Positions 16,647 to 25,507 of a stretch of 32,000 nucleotides of DNA are shown here, piece after piece. Made by a program: the position numbers and the translations under genes. Position 1 is the first letter of the stretch, and each line of letters begins with the position of its first letter. Under the pieces are notes generated by a model. It searched no databases. It had not been told where the DNA came from and saw only the letters and a program-made list of their open reading frames with translations. The DNA comes from Candidatus Thorarchaeota archaeon (GTDB lineage Archaea; Asgardarchaeota; Heimdallarchaeia; Hodarchaeales; Hodarchaeaceae): assembly GCA_048882505.1 (NCBI GenBank), contig JBHLRO010000032.1, positions 1 through 32,000 on the forward strand, read 5' to 3'.

Positions 16647-18329
16647 CTATGTATGATGTTTGTTGAGTTCTTCTTCTTTCAACCGTTTCTTGTCCATTTT
16701 TAAAATCCTTGTTAATGGAATATCAAACCGAAAATCGATTTGCCGAGGTACCGCGTAAGGAGGTAGCTTTTCTTTGCAGTATGCGATGATCTCAGCCTCT
16801 GAAATCTCCTGTGTATCCTTCGGAACTATTATCGCCTTAACTCGTTCACTTCCAGGACGTTCTGGATCAGGGATTCCAATAACACCCGCCATTCTTACAG
16901 CAGGATGTTCATAGAGGATTTCCTCGATTACTTGAGAATATACTTTCATGCCTGATACGTTTACCATATCTTTCATCCTATCAACTATCCAGAAATAGCC
17001 ATCATCGTCCATTTTGGCGATATCACCAGTTCTAAGCCATCCATCACGTTCAAGGCCCCTTCCTGGTTCTGGATAATATCCTTTCATGACTTGAGGCCCT
17101 CTAACCCAAATTTCTCCAGGTTCTCCAATATCGACCTCTTCTCCGGTATCTGGATCTACCAACTTTACCTCAGTATCAGGAATGGGTACTCCGACTGATC
17201 CTTCCTTACCTTTAGCAGACATAAATCCTGTAATTTTTGAAACTGCAGAGAGATCTACGTGCGTACATGGACTCGTTTCTGTCATGCCATACCCTTCGGC
17301 CATAGGAACTCCAACTTTTTCTTTAAATTTCCTTGATATATCAGGAGCGAGAGGAGCCGCCCCTGAGAAGAATAAGGTCTGAGATCTCTTTAATTCATGA
17401 CTAAGCAATTCCATATAATGAGTTGGTACCCCGAAAACTCCAAAAGGCCTCGTATTTCTGATTACGTCAGCGATCATCCCAATGTCCCTCGCATCCATTA
17501 GGATAGATCTTAATCCCCAGGATATCGCGGCGTGAAGCACCCAGTGTCCATATTGATGAAAAATTGGAACACAGATTAAAAACGCTGATTTACCCTTTGC
17601 GCCTGCTTCAAGTGGTTTTAAAAACCAGTGAAGTGCTTGAATAACATTAGTGGTAATGTTGTAGTGAGTGAGCATGGTTGCTTTAGGTTTTCCAGTAGTT
17701 CCACCTGTGAAAGGAAGAAGAGCCAAATCCTGTTCAGGATTAACTTTAACAGGACTGAAATTTGAGGAATTTTTAGCAATCAGCTCTTCAAAAGAGAGAA
17801 CATCGGGAGGAGGTTCCATATCAAGGAGTTTATAATCAGGGAAAATTGGAACCGGAGTATGAATGACGTGTTCCAGACTCGTTTGATCTTTTATCGATAA
17901 TGCTCTCTTTAATCGCCTGGAAGAACAGATTAATACTTTGGATTTAGAAGTAGCCAATTCATAAGCTAGTTCAGGGGCCTTATGCATTATGCTAAGAGGA
18001 ACATGGATAGCACCGAGGCCCATGATGGCGTAGTCCGCTATTACAAACTGAGGACATGTTGGTAGTACGGTAGCGACCATATCCCCTTTCTGGACATTTA
18101 GATTAATCAAGGCGTTAGCGAATTGGTTTACGTGTTCCAAAAGCTCTGTGTACCCAAGCTCACTGTCTAAATATGCCAAGGCGACATTATCGGGATATTC
18201 TTCGGCAGCATCCATCAAGAACTTATATACATTGATTTTAGGATATGGGGCCATCGTTTTTTTTAGTTTAAAGGGACCAACAAAGTAACTTTTCTGCCAT
18301 GGCTTCTCTAGATATGTCATTAATTCCAC
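16647..18329 (-). CDS. Long-chain fatty acid-CoA ligase (AMP-binding adenylate-forming enzyme)
   Basis: PFTGGTTGKPKA P-loop, EGYGMTETSP, WLRTGD, DRMKD, KMDK. Alternative ATG at 18320. Confidence 0.95.
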   Translation of the reverse strand: MELMTYLEKPWQKSYFVGPFKLKKTMAPYPKINVYKFLMDAAEEYPDNVALAYLDSELGYTELLEHVNQFANALINLNVQKGDMVATVLPTCPQFVIADYAIMGLGAIHVPLSIMHKAPELAYELATSKSKVLICSSRRLKRALSIKDQTSLEHVIHTPVPIFPDYKLLDMEPPPDVLSFEELIAKNSSNFSPVKVNPEQDLALLPFTGGTTGKPKATMLTHYNITTNVIQALHWFLKPLEAGAKGKSAFLICVPIFHQYGHWVLHAAISWGLRSILMDARDIGMIADVIRNTRPFGVFGVPTHYMELLSHELKRSQTLFFSGAAPLAPDISRKFKEKVGVPMAEGYGMTETSPCTHVDLSAVSKITGFMSAKGKEGSVGVPIPDTEVKLVDPDTGEEVDIGEPGEIWVRGPQVMKGYYPEPGRGLERDGWLRTGDIAKMDDDGYFWIVDRMKDMVNVSGMKVYSQVIEEILYEHPAVRMAGVIGIPDPERPGSERVKAIIVPKDTQEISEAEIIAYCKEKLPPYAVPRQIDFRFDIPLTRILKMDKKRLKEEELNKHHT

Positions 18330-18346
18330 ACAGCAACATAGACTCT

Positions 18347-19447
18347 TTAACGTAACCTGTTATACTTTTCCAAGACTTCTTTCAATTCCGAATGCGGAAG
18401 AGAATAAACTGTGTTATTATTTATCCCTGTCATTGTTTTTGCACTAACTAAAGCGTTAATTATGGCTTCTTCCGTGGCGTCCGCGGCGGCTTTGAATAAC
18501 GGAGTCATGAGGGGGTCTCTTAGTGTCTTTACCTTGTTTATAGGATTTTGTTGGCCAGATCTGGTTTTGAGAATGTTTGCTGTCGAGAAAGCAATGAAAA
18601 TATCACCCGAAAAATGCCCCCCATAACCTCCAACCTTGGCGATACCCGCAGGAATCCTTTTCGCCAAGCGTTTCAACTGATACGGTAACAGCGGAGCATC
18701 AGTTGCCAGGACCACAATGATCGAACCAACCGCATTTTCGCTTTCAAACCTCGGCGTGTTTATTTCAGGTAAGAGATCAGGTAGTTCCTCACCCACTGGA
18801 ACGCCTGCAATAGTCAAATCTTGACGAAGACCATAGTTACATTGAGCTAAGACTCCTAACATAAATTTATCCAGTACCCGTCTTGAACTGGTGCCGATCC
18901 CCCCTTTGAATTGATGACATACCATGCCTGTTCCACCCCCTACGTTTCCTTCCTCTACTTGGCCTGAGGATGCCCCGTTCAAGACTTGAAAAACATGTTC
19001 TCTTTTTACGTGAAATCCGTTGATATCATTGAGGATTCCATCGTAAGTTTCGGCGACAACTGGAAGCCCCCAAAAGAATTCCTCATCCTTACCGAGTAAA
19101 TTGCGTTTTAGGCCCCATTCAATCACTGCATCTCTCACAGTACCGATACTATGGGTATTCGTGATACAGATAGGCCCCTGAAGATGGCCAGTTTCTTCGA
19201 TCCAAACTGTGCCTGTCATCTCTCCATTTCCGTTGTAAGAATAAAAAGCAGCGAAAATTTCCGTCGAAGTTCTACCCAGAGGAAAGATACCTGTCACGCC
19301 TGTCCGAATTGGTCCTTGGCCCACAATAAGTTTGCCATCGCCTTTAATTAACGTGCAATGGCCTACTTCTACCCCCTGCACATCAGTTATTGCATTCAGC
19401 TTTCCTGGTGTACCCCCAAAGGGGATACCTAATTGTCTGGCTCGCAT
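18347..19447 (-). CDS. dmpA: DmpA-like self-processing aminopeptidase (peptidase S58/P1)
   Basis: MRARQLGI start, NAITDV, YNGNGEMTG, VVAETYDG, EGNVGGGTGM, G|SIIVVLATDAPL autocleavage site, ATEEAIINAL. Start set at ATG 19447, not the track's 19591. Confidence 0.9.
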   Translation of the reverse strand: MRARQLGIPFGGTPGKLNAITDVQGVEVGHCTLIKGDGKLIVGQGPIRTGVTGIFPLGRTSTEIFAAFYSYNGNGEMTGTVWIEETGHLQGPICITNTHSIGTVRDAVIEWGLKRNLLGKDEEFFWGLPVVAETYDGILNDINGFHVKREHVFQVLNGASSGQVEEGNVGGGTGMVCHQFKGGIGTSSRRVLDKFMLGVLAQCNYGLRQDLTIAGVPVGEELPDLLPEINTPRFESENAVGSIIVVLATDAPLLPYQLKRLAKRIPAGIAKVGGYGGHFSGDIFIAFSTANILKTRSGQQNPINKVKTLRDPLMTPLFKAAADATEEAIINALVSAKTMTGINNNTVYSLPHSELKEVLEKYNRLR

Positions 19448-19748
19448 GTTTGCCGAAGAGAGTTTGAGTTTTTTTAGCATTAGGTAGGCCTGAAAAAGAA
19501 TAGATAGCCAAGAGAATCTGAAATCGTAGTAATCGATCCTACTAATGTCAGCTATCTCTGTAACTAGTAGCCATAGGGGATATGTATTCAAGACAAAAAA
19601 ATCGGGAGAAAATCGAAGAAAATCAAGCCATATCTCATTGAGAAGCCTCTGTTGGCTTTATCAAGGATAAAAATGTCTTTTTTTCCCCTTATTCCACGTA
19701 CATCCGGTTTTCGTCCCTAAACCAGACCCAGTCGGCACGTCCCAGGTG

Positions 19749-20279
19749 TCAGATACTTCCCTTCTTGGTTCGATACAGCTGTCTAATGGTACTTATTTGG
19801 CCGTGATGATAGGAATCATGGTGAATCATCGTGAATATGATCCTTTTAACAGGCCACAAGTCCCCCCAGTTGGTAGAAACCTCTAGTTCCAGTTGCTCAT
19901 CGGTTAACAACCGAATGCTTTCCACTAATCGCTCTTGAGTCTGTTTCAAGTAACTAACGCACATGGGCCATTGGGGCGAATCCAGGGCACTCCACTTTAG
20001 GTGACGCTCCCTGAAAGCGTAATCATCATACATTATTTTGCAATGCGCTAGATGTACCACCTTAAATTCAATGGTAGAAACAGGATCAAATTTTTGTGCC
20101 CTTAGCCAATCGCTTCCTTTTTCGTTCCACCTTTTTATGGTATCTAACGTCATCGAATTAGGAGTCGGCAACCATCTAGCCTCTGTTTTTGACAGCATAG
20201 CTAGGAGTTTAAGTAGCTCCTGAAAACGGTATTCCAATTCCCGTTCTATAATAGGAATAATCTTTCGGTCAGCGGTCAT
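19749..20279 (-). CDS. DinB/YfiT-family metal-binding protein
   Basis: VVHLAHC and MIHHDSYHHGQI provide the three-His site. Confidence 0.88.
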   Translation of the reverse strand: MTADRKIIPIIERELEYRFQELLKLLAMLSKTEARWLPTPNSMTLDTIKRWNEKGSDWLRAQKFDPVSTIEFKVVHLAHCKIMYDDYAFRERHLKWSALDSPQWPMCVSYLKQTQERLVESIRLLTDEQLELEVSTNWGDLWPVKRIIFTMIHHDSYHHGQISTIRQLYRTKKGSI

Positions 20280-20471
20280 AGTTCAGACGTTCTATGCGAT
20301 CTTTTCTAATATCTTTGGTTCAAGAAACTAGGAAACGTGGATGCTGATTCTCGAATCACCCGTGTAAGCAGAATCGTAGTTTCGCAAATAATAATAAAAC
20401 TTCCGGCTGCAAGTGAAGTGAAGGTGGCGTGTGATAACTAGATAGGAAATGTAATCAAGCAGATTACGAGA

Positions 20472-20885
20472 TTATTGCGGTGAATCGCCGTGATGGAGGT
20501 CAATCGAAGATAAGACAGGATCTTTGCCTTTTCTAACAATCATAACTACGCCATCACATACATCTGGACAGCAATCAACCAGAAATCCCAGTATCTTTTG
20601 AACTCGCATTGTTACTTCGGTCACCATCTCCTTACCCTTCAAAGTCAGCGCATACGTTCGGATCCGTTTATCTTTTCGGGCATCCAATGTTGTTTCTTTG
20701 ATGTAACCTTTTTCTGACAATGATTGGACGATCTTATAGGTAGCTCCAGTGGTAGGAGTCCAATTCTCGCCTAGATCATTCCTGATCTTTTTTACGATTT
20801 CTGTACCAGATAAGGACGAGGAATTGTAGAGTGACATTAAAAACAGGGCTTCTAAAGAGGTTATCTCAATATTCTTGCCGATCAT
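20472..20885 (-). CDS. PadR-family winged-helix regulator with C-terminal CCxxxC
   Basis: SGTEIVKKI...WTPTTGATYKIVQSLSEKGYI...RTYALTLKGK; DCCPDVC after the wing. Start at ATG 20885 (track start 20894). Confidence 0.88.
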   Translation of the reverse strand: MIGKNIEITSLEALFLMSLYNSSSLSGTEIVKKIRNDLGENWTPTTGATYKIVQSLSEKGYIKETTLDARKDKRIRTYALTLKGKEMVTEVTMRVQKILGFLVDCCPDVCDGVVMIVRKGKDPVLSSIDLHHGDSPQ

Positions 20886-20958
20886 ACTTAACACATTGAG
20901 TTTGTTAACAGTTCTCCAATTCTCGAAGTGTTTTTTGTCATTTTCCCTGACCTCAAAA

Positions 20959-20966
20959 TATATAAA
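20959..20966. promoter_or_regulatory. TATA element readable in both directions, between padR and arsM
   Basis: TATATAAA on +, TTTATATA on -; an A-rich BRE-like flank lies upstream on each strand. Confidence 0.55.
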
Positions 20967-20975
20967 TATTTGTTT

Positions 20976-20993
20976 CTTTGGAATATTCCAAAG
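20976..20993. promoter_or_regulatory. Perfect 18-bp palindrome CTTTGGAATATTCCAAAG, putative PadR operator
   Basis: Exactly self-complementary; 10 nt downstream of the TATA on the arsM side; further AATATT hexamers at 20965, 20995 and 21008. Confidence 0.7.
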
Positions 20994-21053
20994 GAATATT
21001 GATTATGAATATTTGCCAATCCAATCGTTAGAATCTTAAAAGAAGGAAATCCT

Positions 21054-22082
21054 ATGACAAGTCTTGAAACATCCAAGAAGGTAAAAGATGAACAAAAAAA
21101 TACCGATTCGAAAGCTAATATCGAATCGACGTTTGTAGAGGCCCTTTCTGACCGCAACTACTCGTGTTGTGGGTCTGAATCATCTTCTGAAGAGAGCTCA
21201 CCAAAGACAATTGATGATACCACCGTGAGGAGAGAAGTTCGGAAACAATATCGGGCAATTGCTACTGAGACTAACCAATCTGAAGACGATGGATCTGAAA
21301 TTCTCAAGCAAAACCTTGAGACGAGTGGCTATACGTGGTATTCTGAGGAAGACCTAGATAGTATTCCCCAAGGGGCTAATCTAGGTTTGGGTTCAGGTAA
21401 TCCGGTCAAGCTGGCGTCAGTTCGACCAGGCGAGGTCGTGGTTGACCTTGGTTCAGGAGCGGGAGTAGATGTATTTCTCGCCTCGAAGAAAACGGGGAGC
21501 AACGGAAAAGTCATAGGAGTGGATATGACTCCAGAAATGGTTGATAAGGCACGTAGCAATGTTCGATCAGGTAAATACGACAACGTCGAATTTCGACTTG
21601 GTGAAATCGAACATTTACCTATTGCAGACAATACTGCGGATCTCATAATTTCAAACTGCGTTATCAATTTATCCGTTGATAAATCGCAGGTATTCCGTGA
21701 TGCTTATCGTGTTCTAAAGCCTGGGGGTCGATTGGTGATTTCAGACATAATCTTGGAGAAAGAACTTCCAAAGGTTGTAAGGGACGCAATTCAGCACGTT
21801 CCTGGATGTCTTACAAGATCGCAAACGGAACGAGAGTACCTCAGTCTAATCGAATCCGCTGGATTTGTTAACGTCGAAACATTGGATAAAATGATCCTTT
21901 CCCCTCGGGATTCGCAGAATAAGAAGCTATTAGAAGAGAATTTTGAAGGGACACGGAAGGCTCGCGTCATTCTGGATGGAAAGCCCGTCGAAATAGATAT
22001 GTCTGCTGAGGAAATCAAGGAATTATCAACGTCTATTTCTGCTGCCCACATCAGAGCGATAAAACCCAAGATAGGCCCTTGA
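21054..22082 (+). CDS. arsM: Arsenite/methylarsenite S-adenosylmethionine methyltransferase
   Basis: LGLGSGNP, VDLGSGAGVD, GVDMTPEM, GEIEHLP, IISNCVINL, RVLKPGG, GC, IRAIKP. C202 and C252 are 50 residues apart, as for the core ArsM pair. Confidence 0.88.
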   Translation: MTSLETSKKVKDEQKNTDSKANIESTFVEALSDRNYSCCGSESSSEESSPKTIDDTTVRREVRKQYRAIATETNQSEDDGSEILKQNLETSGYTWYSEEDLDSIPQGANLGLGSGNPVKLASVRPGEVVVDLGSGAGVDVFLASKKTGSNGKVIGVDMTPEMVDKARSNVRSGKYDNVEFRLGEIEHLPIADNTADLIISNCVINLSVDKSQVFRDAYRVLKPGGRLVISDIILEKELPKVVRDAIQHVPGCLTRSQTEREYLSLIESAGFVNVETLDKMILSPRDSQNKKLLEENFEGTRKARVILDGKPVEIDMSAEEIKELSTSISAAHIRAIKPKIGP

Positions 22083-22253
22083 AAACTTTTCATCCTTAAC
22101 TTATACCCGTTTCTTCGCACGTTTTAAGAGAAAACCTTACTTCTACTCTTTTTTGTAGCGTAAGTTTTCCAGCTCCAGCCTTCCAGATTAATAGCCGTCA
22201 TTGAAAAAGTAATAAATCCTAGAAACCCTTAGTTTCTGCAAGCGGAGATCAAC

Positions 22254-22352
22254 GTGGAGTATGCAAAACTTCTTCGTGCAGCCCTATTACTAGTAATCAC
22301 GATCATATTTATCATAGGATTAATTGTCTTCTTCTATTTTAACATGGATTGA
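22254..22352 (+). CDS. 32-aa single-pass membrane microprotein (not in the ORF track)
   Basis: GTG start with GGAG 6 nt upstream; MEYAKLLRAALLLVITIIFIIGLIVFFYFNMD*. Confidence 0.5.
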   Translation: MEYAKLLRAALLLVITIIFIIGLIVFFYFNMD

Positions 22353-22424
22353 AAAACTATACCTTTTTATTTCCTTATCTGGAGTCTAACAGGCCTAAAA
22401 TTAATATATCACCATTTTGCTTTT

Positions 22425-23759
22425 CTATATTGGCATTTTCTTACCCAGGTATTCATCTGATTCCCAAAATTCATCTGAATCCCTTGTTTCGCGTTTCCAC
22501 CATTTTTTGCTTTCCTTTGGACGTTTGGAGATCCTTTTTTTAAGCGATTCATAATTTCGTTTGAAAAATCCAATCTTGGGTTCCTCCCCACAAACGGTTC
22601 TTCTTGGAATCTTTGGTTTTCCCTTTCCTCGATCCAACCAGACCCAAAGAGGATTAAATACTGGTAATTTTCTTATTATGAACAGTCTAAGCCTCCTAAA
22701 AAGACTGCGGGGCTTGCCAAATTGGCAAACGGCCAGGCAATTAGAACAATCCGAGGTATTTAATGTCCAGTACTGATAACACGTGTCAACGTTCACGTAC
22801 CACTTATATGTGGCGCCGGAATTATTGGAGGGGGTTTTCCAATGGCTCTCCCAAGTGGGATTTTTATCGAAAGGGATAGCCTGGGGAGGGCAATATTTCG
22901 CGCACTTCTGACAAACTTGGCAATATTTTCTAACACCAAAAAAGGTTGGGGAGTCTGATTCCATTGGAAAATCGGTAAATACTTTGCATATTCTGACATT
23001 CGGACCCAACCTAGGATGAATAAGCATTCCGTGCCTCCCAAATTCGCCCAGTCCGGCCTTGATGGCAAGAGGGACTGAGAGTCCTACATCATTTCCCGCT
23101 TGAATGGCAGTATAACCCAGATTCCGAAGGAATTCTCCCATTAGCGAAATCGAAAAGGCCATTCTTGAATACGCATCTCCGGTCGTAATACTAGCAGGAA
23201 GTTCCGGTGACGTTCTCAAAGCCTCTGCATCCATCTCTATGAGCAATATGATTGCATATTTGACCCCTTCTGGTAATTTCAGTGGACTTCCGTCGTCATT
23301 ATGAGAATAGATTAACTTCGGATCTATCTCACAAATCCCCACGTCAGCCGCGCCAAATATCTGCCCGACTCGTTTAACGGTTTTCGAATTGATTCTGGGA
23401 TCCTTGGATTCATATTTAGGAAGAGTTGTACTAAGTTGAGTCAATTCAACTTTTCCAGGATACGGTATACGATCCCAGGAAAAGGCTTGTGGGTATTTAT
23501 CGTAGATCGTCCATGCTGCTGATTGTACAGCATAACCCACTCGACTATATCCTTTCTTCCCAACCATTGTTCCCTGTTTTTCGGCCAAAGTCTTTCCGTA
23601 TGCTCTGTATGAAGGATCCCATCTAACCCGGGAAAAAATCACATTCCTTTGCGAGAATTGTGAAAAATCCTCTTCTAGCATTGCATAACCTAACTTGTTG
23701 CTCCAAAACTCCCTTTCTTTCGATCGTTTCTGTTCACTTAACTGCATCGAATGAACCAT
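22425..23759 (-). CDS. Reductive dehalogenase-like cobalamin/2x[4Fe-4S] protein without Tat signal
   Basis: FGAADVGI, YSRM, AGND, AGLGEFGRHG, GPNVRICKVFTD, CQVCQKCAKYCP, CYQYW...CSNCLAVC. Confidence 0.85.
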   Translation of the reverse strand: MVHSMQLSEQKRSKEREFWSNKLGYAMLEEDFSQFSQRNVIFSRVRWDPSYRAYGKTLAEKQGTMVGKKGYSRVGYAVQSAAWTIYDKYPQAFSWDRIPYPGKVELTQLSTTLPKYESKDPRINSKTVKRVGQIFGAADVGICEIDPKLIYSHNDDGSPLKLPEGVKYAIILLIEMDAEALRTSPELPASITTGDAYSRMAFSISLMGEFLRNLGYTAIQAGNDVGLSVPLAIKAGLGEFGRHGMLIHPRLGPNVRICKVFTDFPMESDSPTFFGVRKYCQVCQKCAKYCPPQAIPFDKNPTWESHWKTPSNNSGATYKWYVNVDTCYQYWTLNTSDCSNCLAVCQFGKPRSLFRRLRLFIIRKLPVFNPLWVWLDRGKGKPKIPRRTVCGEEPKIGFFKRNYESLKKRISKRPKESKKWWKRETRDSDEFWESDEYLGKKMPI

Positions 23760-23968
23760 TTAATGCGAAAAAATACTCTCCAATAAATTTTATGGTTATT
23801 CTTTTCAATAATTAAGTTGAATCAAATAAATATTTCGATAACGGAATAAGAATGCCTTTTTGAAGTGCCTCATGATGTTTCTTCATGATTTAGCTATATT
23901 GGGCCTAATTAAAGGGTGTTTAAGCTGGTGTCCCCCGAATATGGTCATATAGCTGGAATTCACGGTAC

Positions 23969-24001
23969 ATTGACCGGATGTTACTGCAAACATCCGTCAA
24001 T
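23969..24001. repeat. Inverted repeat, 13-bp stem with a 1-nt bulge
   Basis: ATTGAC-C-GGATGTT-actgca-AACATCC-GTCAAT in the rdh/SDR divergent intergenic region. Confidence 0.7.
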
Positions 24002-24084
24002 ATCGCTATCTATTAAAACTGAATTTAGAACGTATTGGTTAAACCAGCGAAAAAATATTCCAACAGACTCCAAGGTGGATTGTT

Positions 24085-24894
24085 ATGGATTCAGGTCTTG
24101 ATGGAGAGCATGTTCTAATAACAGGAGCTAGCGGAGGTATCGGACAGGCAATAGCGAAAGTTTTTGACGGCGAAGGGTGTAAACTTTCGCTTCATTATAA
24201 TAAAAACGAAAAGGGGATTTCCCGGCTAATTCGAACCCTGAATAACAATTATTGTGTACTCAAGGCGGATTTGACTTCGGAAAAACAAACTAAACAGCTA
24301 TTTCAGGATAGTATGGGCGCCAATGGGCGAATCGATAGGTTGGTGATAAATCACGGTGTTTGGCCAGAAAATTCAACGCCTGTCCATGAAATGGAGTTAG
24401 ATCAATGGGATAGAACAATTGGAATCAACCTTCGAGCGGCTTTTATCTGCAGTAAGTTCTACATGCAGAATCTAACAACCTTTCCAAAAGCTACCGGAAG
24501 TGTTGTATATATTGGTAGTACAGCAGGCGTATTTGGGGAGGCTGGGCATGCAGATTATGCTGTTTCAAAGGCAGGTCTTCTGGGACTAATGCTATCGTTA
24601 AAAAATGAAATTATATATGTGGCATACAGGGCCCGTGTAAATATCGTTGCTCCGGGTTGGACAAAAACGCCAATGGCTGAAAATTCTCTAAAAGATGACA
24701 CTTTGGTGAGGTCTGCTCTTCAAACGATGCCATTGAGAAAAATTGCCCAACCGTCCGATATTGCCAACATGGTTTTGTTTCTGAGTTCAGATAAGCTAGC
24801 GGGACACATATCTGGGCAAATAGTTACTGTAGCTGGTGGAATGGAGGGAAGAAAGCTTTTTAAACCGAATGAAATTGAAATAGATAAAATCTAG
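24085..24894 (+). CDS. Short-chain dehydrogenase/reductase (classical SDR)
   Basis: TGASGGIG, catalytic S and YAVSK, PGWTKT. Confidence 0.95.
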   Translation: MDSGLDGEHVLITGASGGIGQAIAKVFDGEGCKLSLHYNKNEKGISRLIRTLNNNYCVLKADLTSEKQTKQLFQDSMGANGRIDRLVINHGVWPENSTPVHEMELDQWDRTIGINLRAAFICSKFYMQNLTTFPKATGSVVYIGSTAGVFGEAGHADYAVSKAGLLGLMLSLKNEIIYVAYRARVNIVAPGWTKTPMAENSLKDDTLVRSALQTMPLRKIAQPSDIANMVLFLSSDKLAGHISGQIVTVAGGMEGRKLFKPNEIEIDKI

Positions 24895-24961
24895 GCCCTG
24901 AAAAGGTGGAAGATCGGGGTGAGAACGAATCTATTCCACGAAAAGTCGAGTAAAAGGGTAT

Positions 24962-25501
24962 TCAAATTTTAAATCGCAATCTTCTGGTCGGACATTCAAA
25001 TCTCTCAAAGAAAGGGCCCTTCCAATGCACGATTCGAATTATCTCTGCTTTTACATAAAGATCATTCGTTGAGGCAAAGGTTTCTACCAACATGGGTATA
25101 AGGTGGGAACTGTATCGTCTCCGAAGCCGTTCCAAACATTCTGAGATATCCTCCCAAGAATCGCTTAGTTCTGTTACCGCGGTGATCATTATACCAGAAT
25201 TTTCAAGGGGATTAGACGGGTGCGTCGTATCTGTAGTCAATGAAACAAAAGGATTCCTTCTTAGATTTCTTGCCTTGACAGAGGTTTTACTAATCAGGAA
25301 TGATAAGCTGCATTGGTTCATTTCGTAGTAATACATGATGGGAGTTATGTGGGGCATCCCTCGAGATAAGGTACAGCAATACAAAAGCTGACTGTTTATC
25401 AAAAATCCAAGGTTGTCTCTGGAAATATCACAAAAGTGCTTATTATCTGAACACTCGATTGTGATAATTCTTTTACTTAAATTTTGCTGCAGATTGATCA
25501 C
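24962..25501 (-). CDS. Pyridoxamine-5'-phosphate-oxidase-like flavin/F420-binding split-barrel protein
   Basis: GMPHITPIMY, SVKARNLRRNPFVSL. Confidence 0.8.
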   Translation of the reverse strand: MINLQQNLSKRIITIECSDNKHFCDISRDNLGFLINSQLLYCCTLSRGMPHITPIMYYYEMNQCSLSFLISKTSVKARNLRRNPFVSLTTDTTHPSNPLENSGIMITAVTELSDSWEDISECLERLRRRYSSHLIPMLVETFASTNDLYVKAEIIRIVHWKGPFFERFECPTRRLRFKI

Positions 25502-25507
25502 TCGGCT

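Noticed and set aside
19448-19591. N-terminal extension of DmpA in the track
   Set aside because: The family N-terminus (RARxLGI) begins at ATG 19447.
22452-22480. TTCATCTGA direct repeat at 18-nt spacing
   Set aside because: Explained by the SDE..SDE peptide repeat in the dehalogenase tail; only two copies, not a CRISPR or iteron array.
22425-23759. Calling this epoxyqueuosine reductase QueG
   Set aside because: Length, N-terminal region and the GPNVR..VFTD / YW motifs fit RdhA-type proteins better; not fully excluded.
23916-24101. Track ORF 23916-24101 (+)
   Set aside because: Overlaps the SDR start out of frame; no motif.
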